From a virus, in the IMG/VR virus record IMGVR_UViG_3300030107_002332: a DNA stretch of 64,000 nt. One strand, given 5' to 3'. Shown here one piece after another: positions 1 through 8,923 of this stretch. How positions within the stretch are numbered: position 1 is the first letter of the stretch; each line of letters starts with the position of its first letter. Both the position numbers and the translations under genes were made by a program. Under the pieces are notes generated by a model. The model searched no databases and had not been told where the DNA came from. It saw only the letters and a list, made by a program, of their open reading frames with translations.

Positions 1-560
1 TAGACAACATCTTCTCTCTTATATGCAGGAACCTTTGCACCTTTAACACCTCTTCTTGCCTTGTGCTCTTCTCTACGCTTATCAATTAACTTACCTCTTT
101 TATTCTCTGGATCAAACATTGCTGGTTCACCATGTCCAGGTCCAGACCTTCTATAGTTTCTGATAGATGCTTTACCATAATCAGAACGACCTTTATCTAC
201 CTTAGCTTCTAATTGAACTTCTTCATTCCTAAGATGCTTTGCTCTCTTATCCATAAAGAACTTAGCAGCATTTGCTGGCATAATTCTTTCTATCTTTATG
301 TCACCTCTATAACGATAGTTAATAAGGAGACGCAGTTTCTGACGTAGTTCTGATGGGTTGTTAGCATATACTATAGTCTCTCCCATCTCAGGAACAGTCA
401 CTTTATATTGAAAGAGACCATTCTTCATCTCAATATTTTCTTTAATCTTCTTTCTCTTAGCGATCTTCTTACGAAATTTCATGACAGGATCAAATCCTGC
501 AGTCGGTCCCTTAGGATCTGACGCACCAGTAAAACCAGTTGTCATCATTTCTTCGTTCAT
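1..560 (-). CDS. Lys/Arg-rich hypothetical protein, truncated by window edge (MNEEMMTTGFTGASDPKGP...)
   Basis: Hand-translated; ATG at 560 overlaps the TGA of the 557..919 ORF (ATGA coupling); open to position 1. Confidence 0.75.
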   Translation of the reverse strand, partial: MNEEMMTTGFTGASDPKGPTAGFDPVMKFRKKIAKRKKIKENIEMKNGLFQYKVTVPEMGETIVYANNPSELRQKLRLLINYRYRGDIKIERIMPANAAKFFMDKRAKHLRNEEVQLEAKVDKGRSDYGKASIRNYRRSGPGHGEPAMFDPENKRGKLIDKRREEHKARRGVKGAKVPAYKREDVV

Positions 561-919
561 ATCCTCTCCAATTCTTCCTGAACGTCAGGGTCTTCTTCCA
601 ATTCAGGAAGCATACCTACTGGGTATTTATTCAAATAAAGAAGTATAGTTTTTAAAATACCCCAATACTCTCTCTCCAACTTGAAGAAAAGCAAAGGGGT
701 TGCTGCTTCACCAAAAACATTATAAAGTATTATTAAATGATTAATGATAAGATGAGTTCTTAATGCTCCACCCCTAACGTAACGTTTGAGTAGTCGCTTT
801 AGATACTTAAATCTTTTTAAGTCCTCATCAAAATCCTCACGTGTAACACAGTGAGGATTCTCATAATGTTTTATGGCGAACAGAATGTATGTTTCATCAT
901 TCAGTTCGTCAAATTTCAT
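557..919 (-). CDS. Conserved T4-like cyanophage hypothetical protein
   Basis: 120-aa ORF in operon context, MKFDELN...FAIKHYENPHC. Confidence 0.8.
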   Translation of the reverse strand: MKFDELNDETYILFAIKHYENPHCVTREDFDEDLKRFKYLKRLLKRYVRGGALRTHLIINHLIILYNVFGEAATPLLFFKLEREYWGILKTILLYLNKYPVGMLPELEEDPDVQEELERI

Positions 920-925
920 ATATTA

Positions 926-1498
926 TTAAGTCGTAGTAATTGTTTTAGTAGAACCAGATCCACCAGCACCAATCGTATCACCTAGAACGAATACCTTATC
1001 GGATGCAGTTGATGTGCCCTTATCGACAATAGTTCCAGAGATTGTTTGAGCACCAATTGTGTGTACCTTATCGGCAGCAGCACAAGTAAAGTCAAACTCA
1101 ACACGGTTAGTGTTTGTACCACGTGCATATGTTGCAGTGATAGAAGCACTATCAGTTGTATTAGTAACTACCAGTGTTGCACCAGCAGTAACGGTGACTT
1201 GCTCGTTGTATATAACAACTACAGTTCCAGTTGCAGCAGCTGCATATGTACTCTCTTCAAAGAATACAGCAGTGATGTCTGCGTTACCAAGAGTATTAGT
1301 ACCACGACCACCAGCACCTACCAGTCCATCAACAGCTACCAGAACTTCATCCCAGTACTCAGTTTGATCTCCTTTTTTGTAGTGGCGTAATACCCAACCT
1401 TCTGCTGTAGCAAAGATATTTGAGGGGTCTACAGCACCACCCTGTACAGCCCACTTAGGCTTAGCTTCATCAGCATCTGTGACTCCCCAAAGTGCCAT
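926..1498 (-). CDS. Probable virion structural protein (Thr/Gly/Ala-rich, beta-rich)
   Basis: 190-aa ORF preceded by GGAG RBS and perfect late promoter TATAAATA. Confidence 0.65.
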   Translation of the reverse strand: MALWGVTDADEAKPKWAVQGGAVDPSNIFATAEGWVLRHYKKGDQTEYWDEVLVAVDGLVGAGGRGTNTLGNADITAVFFEESTYAAAATGTVVVIYNEQVTVTAGATLVVTNTTDSASITATYARGTNTNRVEFDFTCAAADKVHTIGAQTISGTIVDKGTSTASDKVFVLGDTIGAGGSGSTKTITTT

Positions 1499-1533
1499 GT
1501 CATGTACTCCTTAATTACTGTCTAATCTGTAGT

Positions 1534-1541
1534 TATTTATA
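1534..1541 (-). promoter_or_regulatory. T4-type late promoter TATAAATA
   Basis: Exact consensus about 35 nt upstream of the 926..1498 ATG. Confidence 0.8.
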
Positions 1542-1558
1542 AGAATAACCAATTCAAA

Positions 1559-1759
1559 TTAGCCTTCAAGTAGTGCTTTTTGAAGTGCATCTACCAACTG
1601 ATCATCGACTTTGTTTCCTGTCTTTGCTGCTGCTTTCTTAAGCAGTTTAATTAAAAAATCTTTAATTACAGAATCCAGATCATCGGGAATTCTATCAACA
1701 GCTTTATTGATTATGCTGATAGCGATGGGCATTAAAAAATTAACCATAATAAGTACCAA
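1559..1759 (-). CDS. Small hypothetical protein
   Basis: 66-aa ORF, co-oriented and tightly packed. Confidence 0.65.
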   Translation of the reverse strand: MVLIMVNFLMPIAISIINKAVDRIPDDLDSVIKDFLIKLLKKAAAKTGNKVDDQLVDALQKALLEG

Positions 1760-1779
1760 ATATGTACATTATATAGGCT

Positions 1780-2022
1780 CTAATCGTACTTCTTTTTACC
1801 CTTCACAATATAACCCTTACCTTTATTATCGTAAAACCGCACCTTCTTCTTAGCTTCCGCACCTTGAGCTTGGAAATCTTTAAAGGTTTTCTTTTTCTTT
1901 GCTGCTTTATGAGCTTTGTCAGCACGATCAAGGAGCTCATCTTTGAGACTCCTTTTAAACTGATCGCTTAACTCATTAAGTTCCGAGTCCACGTCCCTTA
2001 TCGTAGTTGTCTTTTCCACCAT
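1780..2022 (-). CDS. Small Lys-rich hypothetical protein
   Basis: 80-aa ORF in operon. Confidence 0.65.
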   Translation of the reverse strand: MVEKTTTIRDVDSELNELSDQFKRSLKDELLDRADKAHKAAKKKKTFKDFQAQGAEAKKKVRFYDNKGKGYIVKGKKKYD

Positions 2023-3700
2023 ATCGAGCCATAGTGTTTACATAATCTTGAGAAGATTTAAACCCTCTCTTCTTAGCATCAGCAGCAGTTTGTGCTTTTG
2101 CTTTTGCTCTCTTTAGATACTTACCAGTACCAGCAGAAGACTTAGCACCTTTAACTTTCTTCTGTTGCTTACTACCCTGTCCTGCTATAGCACCTTTACC
2201 GTGCTCTTTCCTGATTTTATCAAGAACGAATGACAGGGCTGCATCCTTTTTTCCAGATGGTTTCTTAGTACCTCCCTTATCGTAACCCTTCTCCTTCTTA
2301 AGACGAGTTGCCTCATCAATTTCTGTCTCTTCTTTCTTAGTCTTCTTTGCTGCTGCTTTTTTCATTGCAGCATTTTGTTTCATGATATCTGCAATTGAAT
2401 TACCAATACCAGTGAACCCATCCTTAGAAGGATCTGTTTGCTTAGAAGTCTTCCTGTCTTTTTCCTGACGGTCTGGGTCTCTTTGATACCCTTCACTCTT
2501 TACACCACGCTTTGCTTTATGCTCTGCGGTACGTGCTTTCATTGCATTCAAACCAGGTGCACCATCTTGTCCTTTCTTTTCCATCCATTTTTTAGTTCTC
2601 TTCTGGATCTTTTCACCTTGTCCTCTATGATAATCTTCACTGAGTAAGTATGCCTTGAAAGACATAAACTCTTCACCAGTGAATACCTTCTTAACCTTAC
2701 CAGCAAATTTAACTGTATCCTTAGCACCTTTAGCAGCACCCTTTGCAAATACTCTTGCACCTTGCGTTGCTTTACGATGTCTCTTAACACCTTTCTTAAC
2801 CCATTCCCTTGCCTTACTAGTAAGATTACCCTTAGGTCTATCAATATCAGCAGCCTTCTTGTCTACCTTTGGAGCAGCCTTCTTAGGTGCTACTTTCTTA
2901 GCAACAGGTTTCTTAGCAACAGGTTTTGCCTTTGGTTTAGGTGCTGCTTTCTTTGCAACAGGTTTTGCCTTGGGCTTTGGTGCTTCCTTCTTAGGTTCTG
3001 CCTTTACCGTAGTAAGTTGAGATGGTTTCTTTAAACTTGGTCTCTTCTTTGGCTTCTCAGCATACTCACCAGTCTTCTTCTCTCTTCTCTTTGCTTCAGC
3101 AGCAGCATCTTTTGCTATCTGCTTTTTAATAGTACCTTTAGTACGCACGTTCATCTTACGTGCTGACCTTTCCTCTTCAATTGAATACTCTACTGATTCC
3201 TTCTTAGTGTTTGCAGTATGCTTAGGATTCTGTTTAGGATCCCTTCTACTGTGTGCATAATTTGAATGATGTTGCTGTCTCTGTTTAAAAGTTAACTTAT
3301 ACTTAGGAGTCTTAAGTTTCTTACCTGATTTACCAGTATCAGTCTTCTCCTGTGCCTTTCTTGAATGACCTATCTGACTAGTGTCTTCACCTGCTGGTCT
3401 CTTTTTCTTTGTTCTCTGTGTTTCTGGTGATGACTCAGAACTTCTTGCTGCTCTTGAAAGATTGTATCCTGCTCTTTCATTCTTACCTGGTGAACCTACA
3501 TTAGCACCATACTTTTTATAAGATGCTTGTCTTCTCTTTGCTCCTAATTGTTCTGCTCTTTTCTGAGCACCACGAGCAACCTTCTCACCTTCATCAACAA
3601 GTTCAATACCATCAGATTTTTTACCTTCGTATTGGTCTTGTACTTTAGGGTTGATTTTGATCTTGGTTTTCTTTTCCTGTAATTGGTTAAATGTCAGCAT
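1976..3700 (-). CDS. Large Lys-rich low-complexity protein with histone-H1-like AKP/KK repeats; putative internal head protein
   Basis: 574 aa; KPKAKPVAKKAAPKPKAKPVAKKPVAKK tract; modules punctuated by hydrophobic-x-E sites. Confidence 0.7.
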   Translation of the reverse strand: MLTFNQLQEKKTKIKINPKVQDQYEGKKSDGIELVDEGEKVARGAQKRAEQLGAKRRQASYKKYGANVGSPGKNERAGYNLSRAARSSESSPETQRTKKKRPAGEDTSQIGHSRKAQEKTDTGKSGKKLKTPKYKLTFKQRQQHHSNYAHSRRDPKQNPKHTANTKKESVEYSIEEERSARKMNVRTKGTIKKQIAKDAAAEAKRREKKTGEYAEKPKKRPSLKKPSQLTTVKAEPKKEAPKPKAKPVAKKAAPKPKAKPVAKKPVAKKVAPKKAAPKVDKKAADIDRPKGNLTSKAREWVKKGVKRHRKATQGARVFAKGAAKGAKDTVKFAGKVKKVFTGEEFMSFKAYLLSEDYHRGQGEKIQKRTKKWMEKKGQDGAPGLNAMKARTAEHKAKRGVKSEGYQRDPDRQEKDRKTSKQTDPSKDGFTGIGNSIADIMKQNAAMKKAAAKKTKKEETEIDEATRLKKEKGYDKGGTKKPSGKKDAALSFVLDKIRKEHGKGAIAGQGSKQQKKVKGAKSSAGTGKYLKRAKAKAQTAADAKKRGFKSSQDYVNTMARYGGKDNYDKGRGLGT

Positions 3701-4196
3701 TGTTATCTTCCCTAAACTTGTTGAGTGCAGGTGTATTTCCTTTCATTTTTTCGTATACACGACGAATTATATCCTCCTGTACCATTTGCTTCTTAGACTT
3801 AATAACACTCTCGTTCTTTCTCTTTGCTGCTTGCTTCTTATATAACCTTTGTGCTTGTTGATTTTTCTTTACTGCTGTCTCCTTATCACCAGCATGTGCT
3901 GCCTTACCTCTTGCGATGTCTGCTTTCTTAGATGCTCTAAGAGCTAGATCAGCAGAGATCTCATCTAACTGCTCACCTTCTAACTCTACTTCTTCATCCT
4001 TTTGATTTTTCTTCTTCTCTTCCTTCTCCCTCTTGGAGATCTTACCATCTACATCACTTTTTTCATACCACTTCCCATCACCATCGTCATCTTGCCAACG
4101 GTCTTTATCTTTTTTATCATCCTTTTTCTTACCCTCATACACTTTCTTAAGTGCATCGGTCATATCAGGAAGTTCATTAGGTGTAAAGGAATTCAT
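3687..4196 (-). CDS. Charged hypothetical protein (cyanophage type, DDDGDGKWYEKSDVDGK motif)
   Basis: 169-aa ORF overlapping both neighbours. Confidence 0.75.
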   Translation of the reverse strand: MNSFTPNELPDMTDALKKVYEGKKKDDKKDKDRWQDDDGDGKWYEKSDVDGKISKREKEEKKKNQKDEEVELEGEQLDEISADLALRASKKADIARGKAAHAGDKETAVKKNQQAQRLYKKQAAKRKNESVIKSKKQMVQEDIIRRVYEKMKGNTPALNKFREDNNADI

Positions 4197-5332
4197 TTTG
4201 CAGCAACTGTTACTTTCTCCTTTTTATTTATCTTCTTTAGGAATTCGCCTGGTGTGATTGATCTAACGTAATTAGTAAGACTGTCCGTACCAAATTCACG
4301 ATTAGATGGTTTAGTATAATCAGTCTCTGTTAAATCCTTTAACCAAGAACGGAATACATTCTCTTCTTCATCAACATATATTACATAATTAGCACCACGA
4401 CTAACAACCTTACCAACAACACCTGTATTAATATTCTCTACATAAGATCCCACAGGATGAAGATCCTTTTCAAAATATGCTTCACGCAAACCTTGAGGAT
4501 CTAACTTAGGTGCAATCTCATAAAGAAGATAAGATGCTTCAGCAAAATCCTCTTTAACTTCTACCTTCATAGCAGATTGTACTGCTTTAAATAAATCTTG
4601 ACATCCTTTCTTACCTAATGGTTTAGGACAACCAGACTTAAATGTTTCATAGTCATCTTGTGCTGCTGCCTTACGTAACTTAGATGCTGACATACCTTCA
4701 ACACCCTCAGCATCAGGGTCTCTATCACCAGCAGATACTACATTAATCTTCTTAAAATCATATAAATCACCGTTGTACTTAGTAGCAAGAGAATTAAATT
4801 CACTAACTCTATCTCCACCAACTACAATATTAACGGTACTGTACCCTTCACCATTTACAGTGGTAAGTACATCAAATATAGTTCTCATCTCATCATTATT
4901 AATGATGTTATCACTGTGATCAGGATATGCTTGCTTCATAAACTTGATCTTAGTGCCAACATCTAATGGATTCTTCTTCGCATCTTCTGATCTACTAGGA
5001 TATATTCTATAGTCTCCCTTCTGTGCTGCTACCTTTTTAATTAGAGCTTCATGTCCAACAGTAGGTGGATTAAATCTTCCGAAAGTAATAGATATCTCAC
5101 CTTGATCGACCTTATTCTTGCTACCTCCCTCTTCTTCTTGTCCACCTTGCTTCTGTCCTCCCTGTTCTTGAGGTGCGAGTTTAACAAGTTTACCTTGCTT
5201 ACTCATATGGGTTACGTTGCCTCTTACATCGGCATACTTACCATAACCTACATGGGTCAACTGTAATTTCTCTGCTTCTTGCGAAGCAAAAGATCTTTGT
5301 GCCTCGTTTAGGAAAGAGCTAAACTTTTTCAT
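4193..5332 (-). CDS. Cytidyltransferase-like (HIGH-family) nucleotidyltransferase
   Basis: ITFGRFNPPTVGHEAL (HxGH-type motif), VVGGDRV and MSASKLR (KMSKS-like) motifs. Confidence 0.8.
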   Translation of the reverse strand: MKKFSSFLNEAQRSFASQEAEKLQLTHVGYGKYADVRGNVTHMSKQGKLVKLAPQEQGGQKQGGQEEEGGSKNKVDQGEISITFGRFNPPTVGHEALIKKVAAQKGDYRIYPSRSEDAKKNPLDVGTKIKFMKQAYPDHSDNIINNDEMRTIFDVLTTVNGEGYSTVNIVVGGDRVSEFNSLATKYNGDLYDFKKINVVSAGDRDPDAEGVEGMSASKLRKAAAQDDYETFKSGCPKPLGKKGCQDLFKAVQSAMKVEVKEDFAEASYLLYEIAPKLDPQGLREAYFEKDLHPVGSYVENINTGVVGKVVSRGANYVIYVDEEENVFRSWLKDLTETDYTKPSNREFGTDSLTNYVRSITPGEFLKKINKKEKVTVAAK

Positions 5333-6233
5333 GCGTCCAATTTTTATCTAAGTTGAAGTTTGCTTTACTAAAGGTCAGTCTGTCTACGATCTTGTATGGG
5401 TTATCAGAAACGGTCACAAACCCCTCATGATTGGTGGGTTCTCCATCGATGTAACATTCAACATCCCCATTAACAACAATCGCATCGAGTAGACGATGTT
5501 TCAATTGTGAGATTAAATGCCATGCCTTAAAGGTGTGGACATTAACTTCGTACTTATATTTAGCATCTAACTGTGAGTATAATTCCTGTGCATGCGGAAC
5601 TTCTCCCTTCCTAATAAAAGAATTGATATGTTTCTGTATCTCGGTGCGGGACTTTGGTGTCTTAGATAATATAACTGTTGGAAGAATCCTCAAGAAATTA
5701 TTCCATGATAAAGGTGGAATAACCTCAGCATTATTAGTATCTACCATGAAACATTCATCAGAAGAATCTAAGGTCACACCTATCTTTGCCTCTGCAGTAG
5801 GACTAACCTCTGTATATTCCGTGTGTGGTGCTACTATAATCTTAGAATAAACTGGAGAAGAAAAACGATAGGAAATAGTATTAGGCTGATAAACAGCACC
5901 TCCCCCAACCCCAATCCAGTCACACTGGATAATCCGATGATACCGAGGAAGATGGCGAAAGCAAAGCCTAAGAATATCAGCCACAACACCTTTATGATTT
6001 TTATCAATGTCTTCAGGAGAATAATTTATCTTTGGTCTTCTCTTATTGAATACTGATTTAGTACCAACAAAAAACTGACCGTTATCAGGATTTATACCAA
6101 ACACAATCGCAGGAGCACCGTCCCACTTAACAGATAGTCTATTACTCTTAATCAAATCCCTAACTGTACGTAAAGCATTACGACGACCAAAGAGAATTGA
6201 ATCTTCTGGATGTTCTAAGTGCTTGTTTGGCAT
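5319..6233 (-). CDS. Conserved T4-like hypothetical protein (DUF6267-like); likely start MPNKHLEHPED
   Basis: NKHLEHPED, SVKWDGAPAI, FFVGTKSVFNK, HEGFV motifs; the ORF track extends the start to 6290 through the promoter. Confidence 0.75.
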   Translation of the reverse strand: MPNKHLEHPEDSILFGRRNALRTVRDLIKSNRLSVKWDGAPAIVFGINPDNGQFFVGTKSVFNKRRPKINYSPEDIDKNHKGVVADILRLCFRHLPRYHRIIQCDWIGVGGGAVYQPNTISYRFSSPVYSKIIVAPHTEYTEVSPTAEAKIGVTLDSSDECFMVDTNNAEVIPPLSWNNFLRILPTVILSKTPKSRTEIQKHINSFIRKGEVPHAQELYSQLDAKYKYEVNVHTFKAWHLISQLKHRLLDAIVVNGDVECYIDGEPTNHEGFVTVSDNPYKIVDRLTFSKANFNLDKNWTHEKV

Positions 6234-6254
6234 GGAATCCCTGTCTATATCTGT

Positions 6255-6309
6255 ATTATAGCAGGATTGACCGTTCATGTACGCATCCATAGGACAGTTT
6301 GTTAACCGC
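6255..6309 (-). promoter_or_regulatory. Early (sigma70-type) promoter with extended -10 and upstream AACTGTCC element
   Basis: CGTACA-17bp-TATAAT with TG extension; GGACAGTT at 6292-6299. Confidence 0.6.
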
Positions 6310-7795
6310 CTACCTTAAGGTAACTACTAGCTGTCATATAATCTGTGATCTTATTCTCACCAAATATTCTAAACCCTTGTGATGCTGCTTGAGAGTATAT
6401 ACTCTTCATAATATTTGTCTTTATCATATCTTTAATTTGAGGTTGTGCCATGTCAACAACCTGACCAACTTCATATGATTGTACCTTATTCTTTAACCAT
6501 TTTGCAGCACTAACAGGTTTCTGATCATATAATGCATTACATTTAGCTAGAACATCCTTAACCTTATGCTTCTTACCAGATAAGAAGTTAAGATATTTTG
6601 CCCAGTGAGGTAGATCTTCTTTCCAATTACTCTTATTAAAATCACCACGTTGCTGCTCTGCATAATCTTGGAAGATTGAATAATTAGTAAACTGATGATC
6701 CCTACCTGTAGGTATTCTCTTCCCTTTAAATAACTTCCTCAGTTCAGCTCTCTGTTTACTCAGAGCCATCCTTCCTCCAGATAACTTTGTAATGAGTCCA
6801 AAGATACTCAACGTTGCTTTACCATGATTAGCAGCACTTCCTTTCTGAAGTTGCATCTGTACATCATTATTAATAGCAGATTGGAATCCCCTTATGTCCA
6901 TCTTATGTCCCTTGACACCAGATAATTTAAAGTTAACAATACACTTAGCATTCCTAGGTGAAAACTCAACCTTATCTATCTCAACATCTAACTTAATAGC
7001 ATTCTTTACACCCCTAGCCTCCTTATGATCAAAGGATTTCATTGCAACCAATGGTGTCTTAACTTTTAATAATACCTTTGCAGTTGCTGAAACTTTTTTC
7101 AATGAAATAGGAACACATTCTCTACTCTTATACTTTTTATCAACCCATTGATTATACCAATATAACATCTGCATATCTTCAACCACCTCTAACTGTTTCT
7201 TAGAACTACCAACTCCCTTTTTCAAATCCTTATTCATCTCATCTAATTTCTTTGCCTCTTTAAACTCACTTAGATCTGGTCTTAAATTTTTATAAGACTC
7301 CATCACTCTAATAAACTGTGCAGCCTTTGATTTCTTTATTGCTATAACATCAGCAGGGTTCCATTTATCTCCTGTACCCTTAGACATCTGTCCATATACT
7401 GTTCTTACTCTACTATCCTTAGCATTCTTAGCAATATGTTTAGCAATCTCTCTATAGGCACCTCTAAATTTTTGATCACCTATAGTATTGTAAAAAATAT
7501 AATCAGTACCTCTAATATATGCACTCTTAATTACAGCATTTGCTATCCATACAGAAGAGTTTATCCAACCCTCAACGTCACCTGGTTTACCATCAGTGAC
7601 CCAGATTCTAAACCGAGGATATAATTTCGCTTCCTCTATACCACAACAGTCTCTAACTTTAGCATCAACTGCCATGTAATCTTGCATTGCTGATTCAACT
7701 TCTGCATACTCAATTTCGCTTCCCTTCTCTTGTCTCAATGCAAAAGCTAATGCCTGTAAAGATTCTTTGTCTTCTGTTTGTGCGGTAAATGCCAT
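6302..7795 (-). CDS. Putative PD-(D/E)XK-fold nuclease
   Basis: 497 aa; KWNPADV...ISLKK motif pair; late-type TAAATA at 7819-7824. Confidence 0.55.
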   Translation of the reverse strand: MAFTAQTEDKESLQALAFALRQEKGSEIEYAEVESAMQDYMAVDAKVRDCCGIEEAKLYPRFRIWVTDGKPGDVEGWINSSVWIANAVIKSAYIRGTDYIFYNTIGDQKFRGAYREIAKHIAKNAKDSRVRTVYGQMSKGTGDKWNPADVIAIKKSKAAQFIRVMESYKNLRPDLSEFKEAKKLDEMNKDLKKGVGSSKKQLEVVEDMQMLYWYNQWVDKKYKSRECVPISLKKVSATAKVLLKVKTPLVAMKSFDHKEARGVKNAIKLDVEIDKVEFSPRNAKCIVNFKLSGVKGHKMDIRGFQSAINNDVQMQLQKGSAANHGKATLSIFGLITKLSGGRMALSKQRAELRKLFKGKRIPTGRDHQFTNYSIFQDYAEQQRGDFNKSNWKEDLPHWAKYLNFLSGKKHKVKDVLAKCNALYDQKPVSAAKWLKNKVQSYEVGQVVDMAQPQIKDMIKTNIMKSIYSQAASQGFRIFGENKITDYMTASSYLKVGG

Positions 7796-7821
7796 TAGTC
7801 CACGCAGGTCTCCAATAGTAT

Positions 7822-8124
7822 TTATCTTCCGTTATATGGAGGTTCCTCCTCACCAACAAGATACTTGAAATGTTCCGTATCAAAATAGGATGGTTTTAAA
7901 TCATCCAAGTCTTCATACAAATCATATGGACCTTTCAACTTCTTCTTATGTTCACGTTCATCTAATACTTCATTGATAAGTATTTTCATTTCCTTGGCAT
8001 AAGTCTCAGTAAATAACCTGCGAGGTATAATAGTAGCAGGTTTATGTTGCTGTTTCTTACCAGACTTTTCCCATGCTTCTCTTTCTTCTGGGGTGAGTTC
8101 GGGACTCATCCCCTGTGTATCCAT
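7822..8124 (-). CDS. Hypothetical protein (likely start MDTQGMSP)
   Basis: ORF track 7822..8133; start adjusted to follow the upstream small ORF. Confidence 0.65.
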   Translation of the reverse strand: MDTQGMSPELTPEEREAWEKSGKKQQHKPATIIPRRLFTETYAKEMKILINEVLDEREHKKKLKGPYDLYEDLDDLKPSYFDTEHFKYLVGEEEPPYNGR

Positions 8125-8125
8125 T

Positions 8126-8257
8126 TTACTCATCTTTAGATTCTTGAATAAGTTTCAGTTTTTCATATAGTTCATTAACTATTGGTTCTGACTTTCTACT
8201 CTTCCATAGTTGAGTAACAATAGTATCAAACTCCTTATCTGAAATCGGTAAATCCAT
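8126..8257 (-). CDS. 43-aa hypothetical protein (MDLPISDKEFD...), not in ORF track
   Basis: Hand-translated; fills the gap between neighbours. Confidence 0.6.
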   Translation of the reverse strand: MDLPISDKEFDTIVTQLWKSRKSEPIVNELYEKLKLIQESKDE

Positions 8258-8432
8258 CTTCAACTTTCTCCAATATAGGAACAATATCTATGATGTTATC
8301 AATATTAGACATCATGTCTGCGATGTGTTTTGATATGTATGGTTTCTCAGTACGTGCTGCAAATGATAATGCGTTACGTAAATCTTCTTGTGCATCTCTT
8401 AAAGATGTTTCTACTTGTTCACTTAAAGGCAT
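8235..8432 (-). CDS. Conserved cyanophage hypothetical protein
   Basis: 65 aa, LRNALSFAARTEKPY. Confidence 0.7.
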   Translation of the reverse strand: MPLSEQVETSLRDAQEDLRNALSFAARTEKPYISKHIADMMSNIDNIIDIVPILEKVEDGFTDFR

Positions 8433-8435
8433 AGT

Positions 8436-8522
8436 TTAATGGGGGTTATATTTTTGAATGATAGAATAAACTATCACAAGAGTAATTAGAGCAATACAAA
8501 TGATTGGTAATATAAGGTGCAT
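8436..8522 (-). CDS. 28-aa single-TM peptide (MHLILPIICIALITLVIVYSIIQKYNPH), not in ORF track
   Basis: ATG overlaps mazG stop; fully hydrophobic helix. Confidence 0.6.
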   Translation of the reverse strand: MHLILPIICIALITLVIVYSIIQKYNPH

Positions 8523-8923
8523 TAACGGTCTCCTGCTTTTCTATTTTCAGAGTGTCCTATGGTAAAACTACCACCTGGATAACGTTTCTCTAATTTTTTA
8601 ATGTTACCTCGGATAACGTCGTCAAAAGATATGTCCAGAGCCATACAAGCTTGTGCCACATACCACATAACGTCACCCAACTCAATAACAAGATGCTCTC
8701 GATTGTCGTCAGTCCAAGGTTTACCTTGGAACACCATCTTCTTAACAATTTCCAAAAACTCACCAGACTCAGCAGCAAGCCCAACGCCAGCAGTGGTAAG
8801 ACGTTCAATATTGGCACCTTCTCGGTCAAGTTCACCCAGACGGTCAGCAAGACTGACAAAATCTTTAGAACAATCGGATGTGACGGCATCTACGAACTCT
8901 TCATAATGTTTAAAATCAATCAT
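8522..8923 (-). CDS. mazG: MazG-like nucleoside triphosphate pyrophosphohydrolase
   Basis: GLAAESGEFLEIVKK...ELGDVMWYVAQ...NIKKLEKRYP. Confidence 0.9.
   Translation of the reverse strand: MIDFKHYEEFVDAVTSDCSKDFVSLADRLGELDREGANIERLTTAGVGLAAESGEFLEIVKKMVFQGKPWTDDNREHLVIELGDVMWYVAQACMALDISFDDVIRGNIKKLEKRYPGGSFTIGHSENRKAGDR

Noticed and set aside
2860-3000. Short direct repeats (GCAACAGGTTTTGCCTT, CTTAGCAACAGGT) as a possible CRISPR mini-array
   Set aside because: They encode the AKPVAKK protein repeat; no regular spacer structure.
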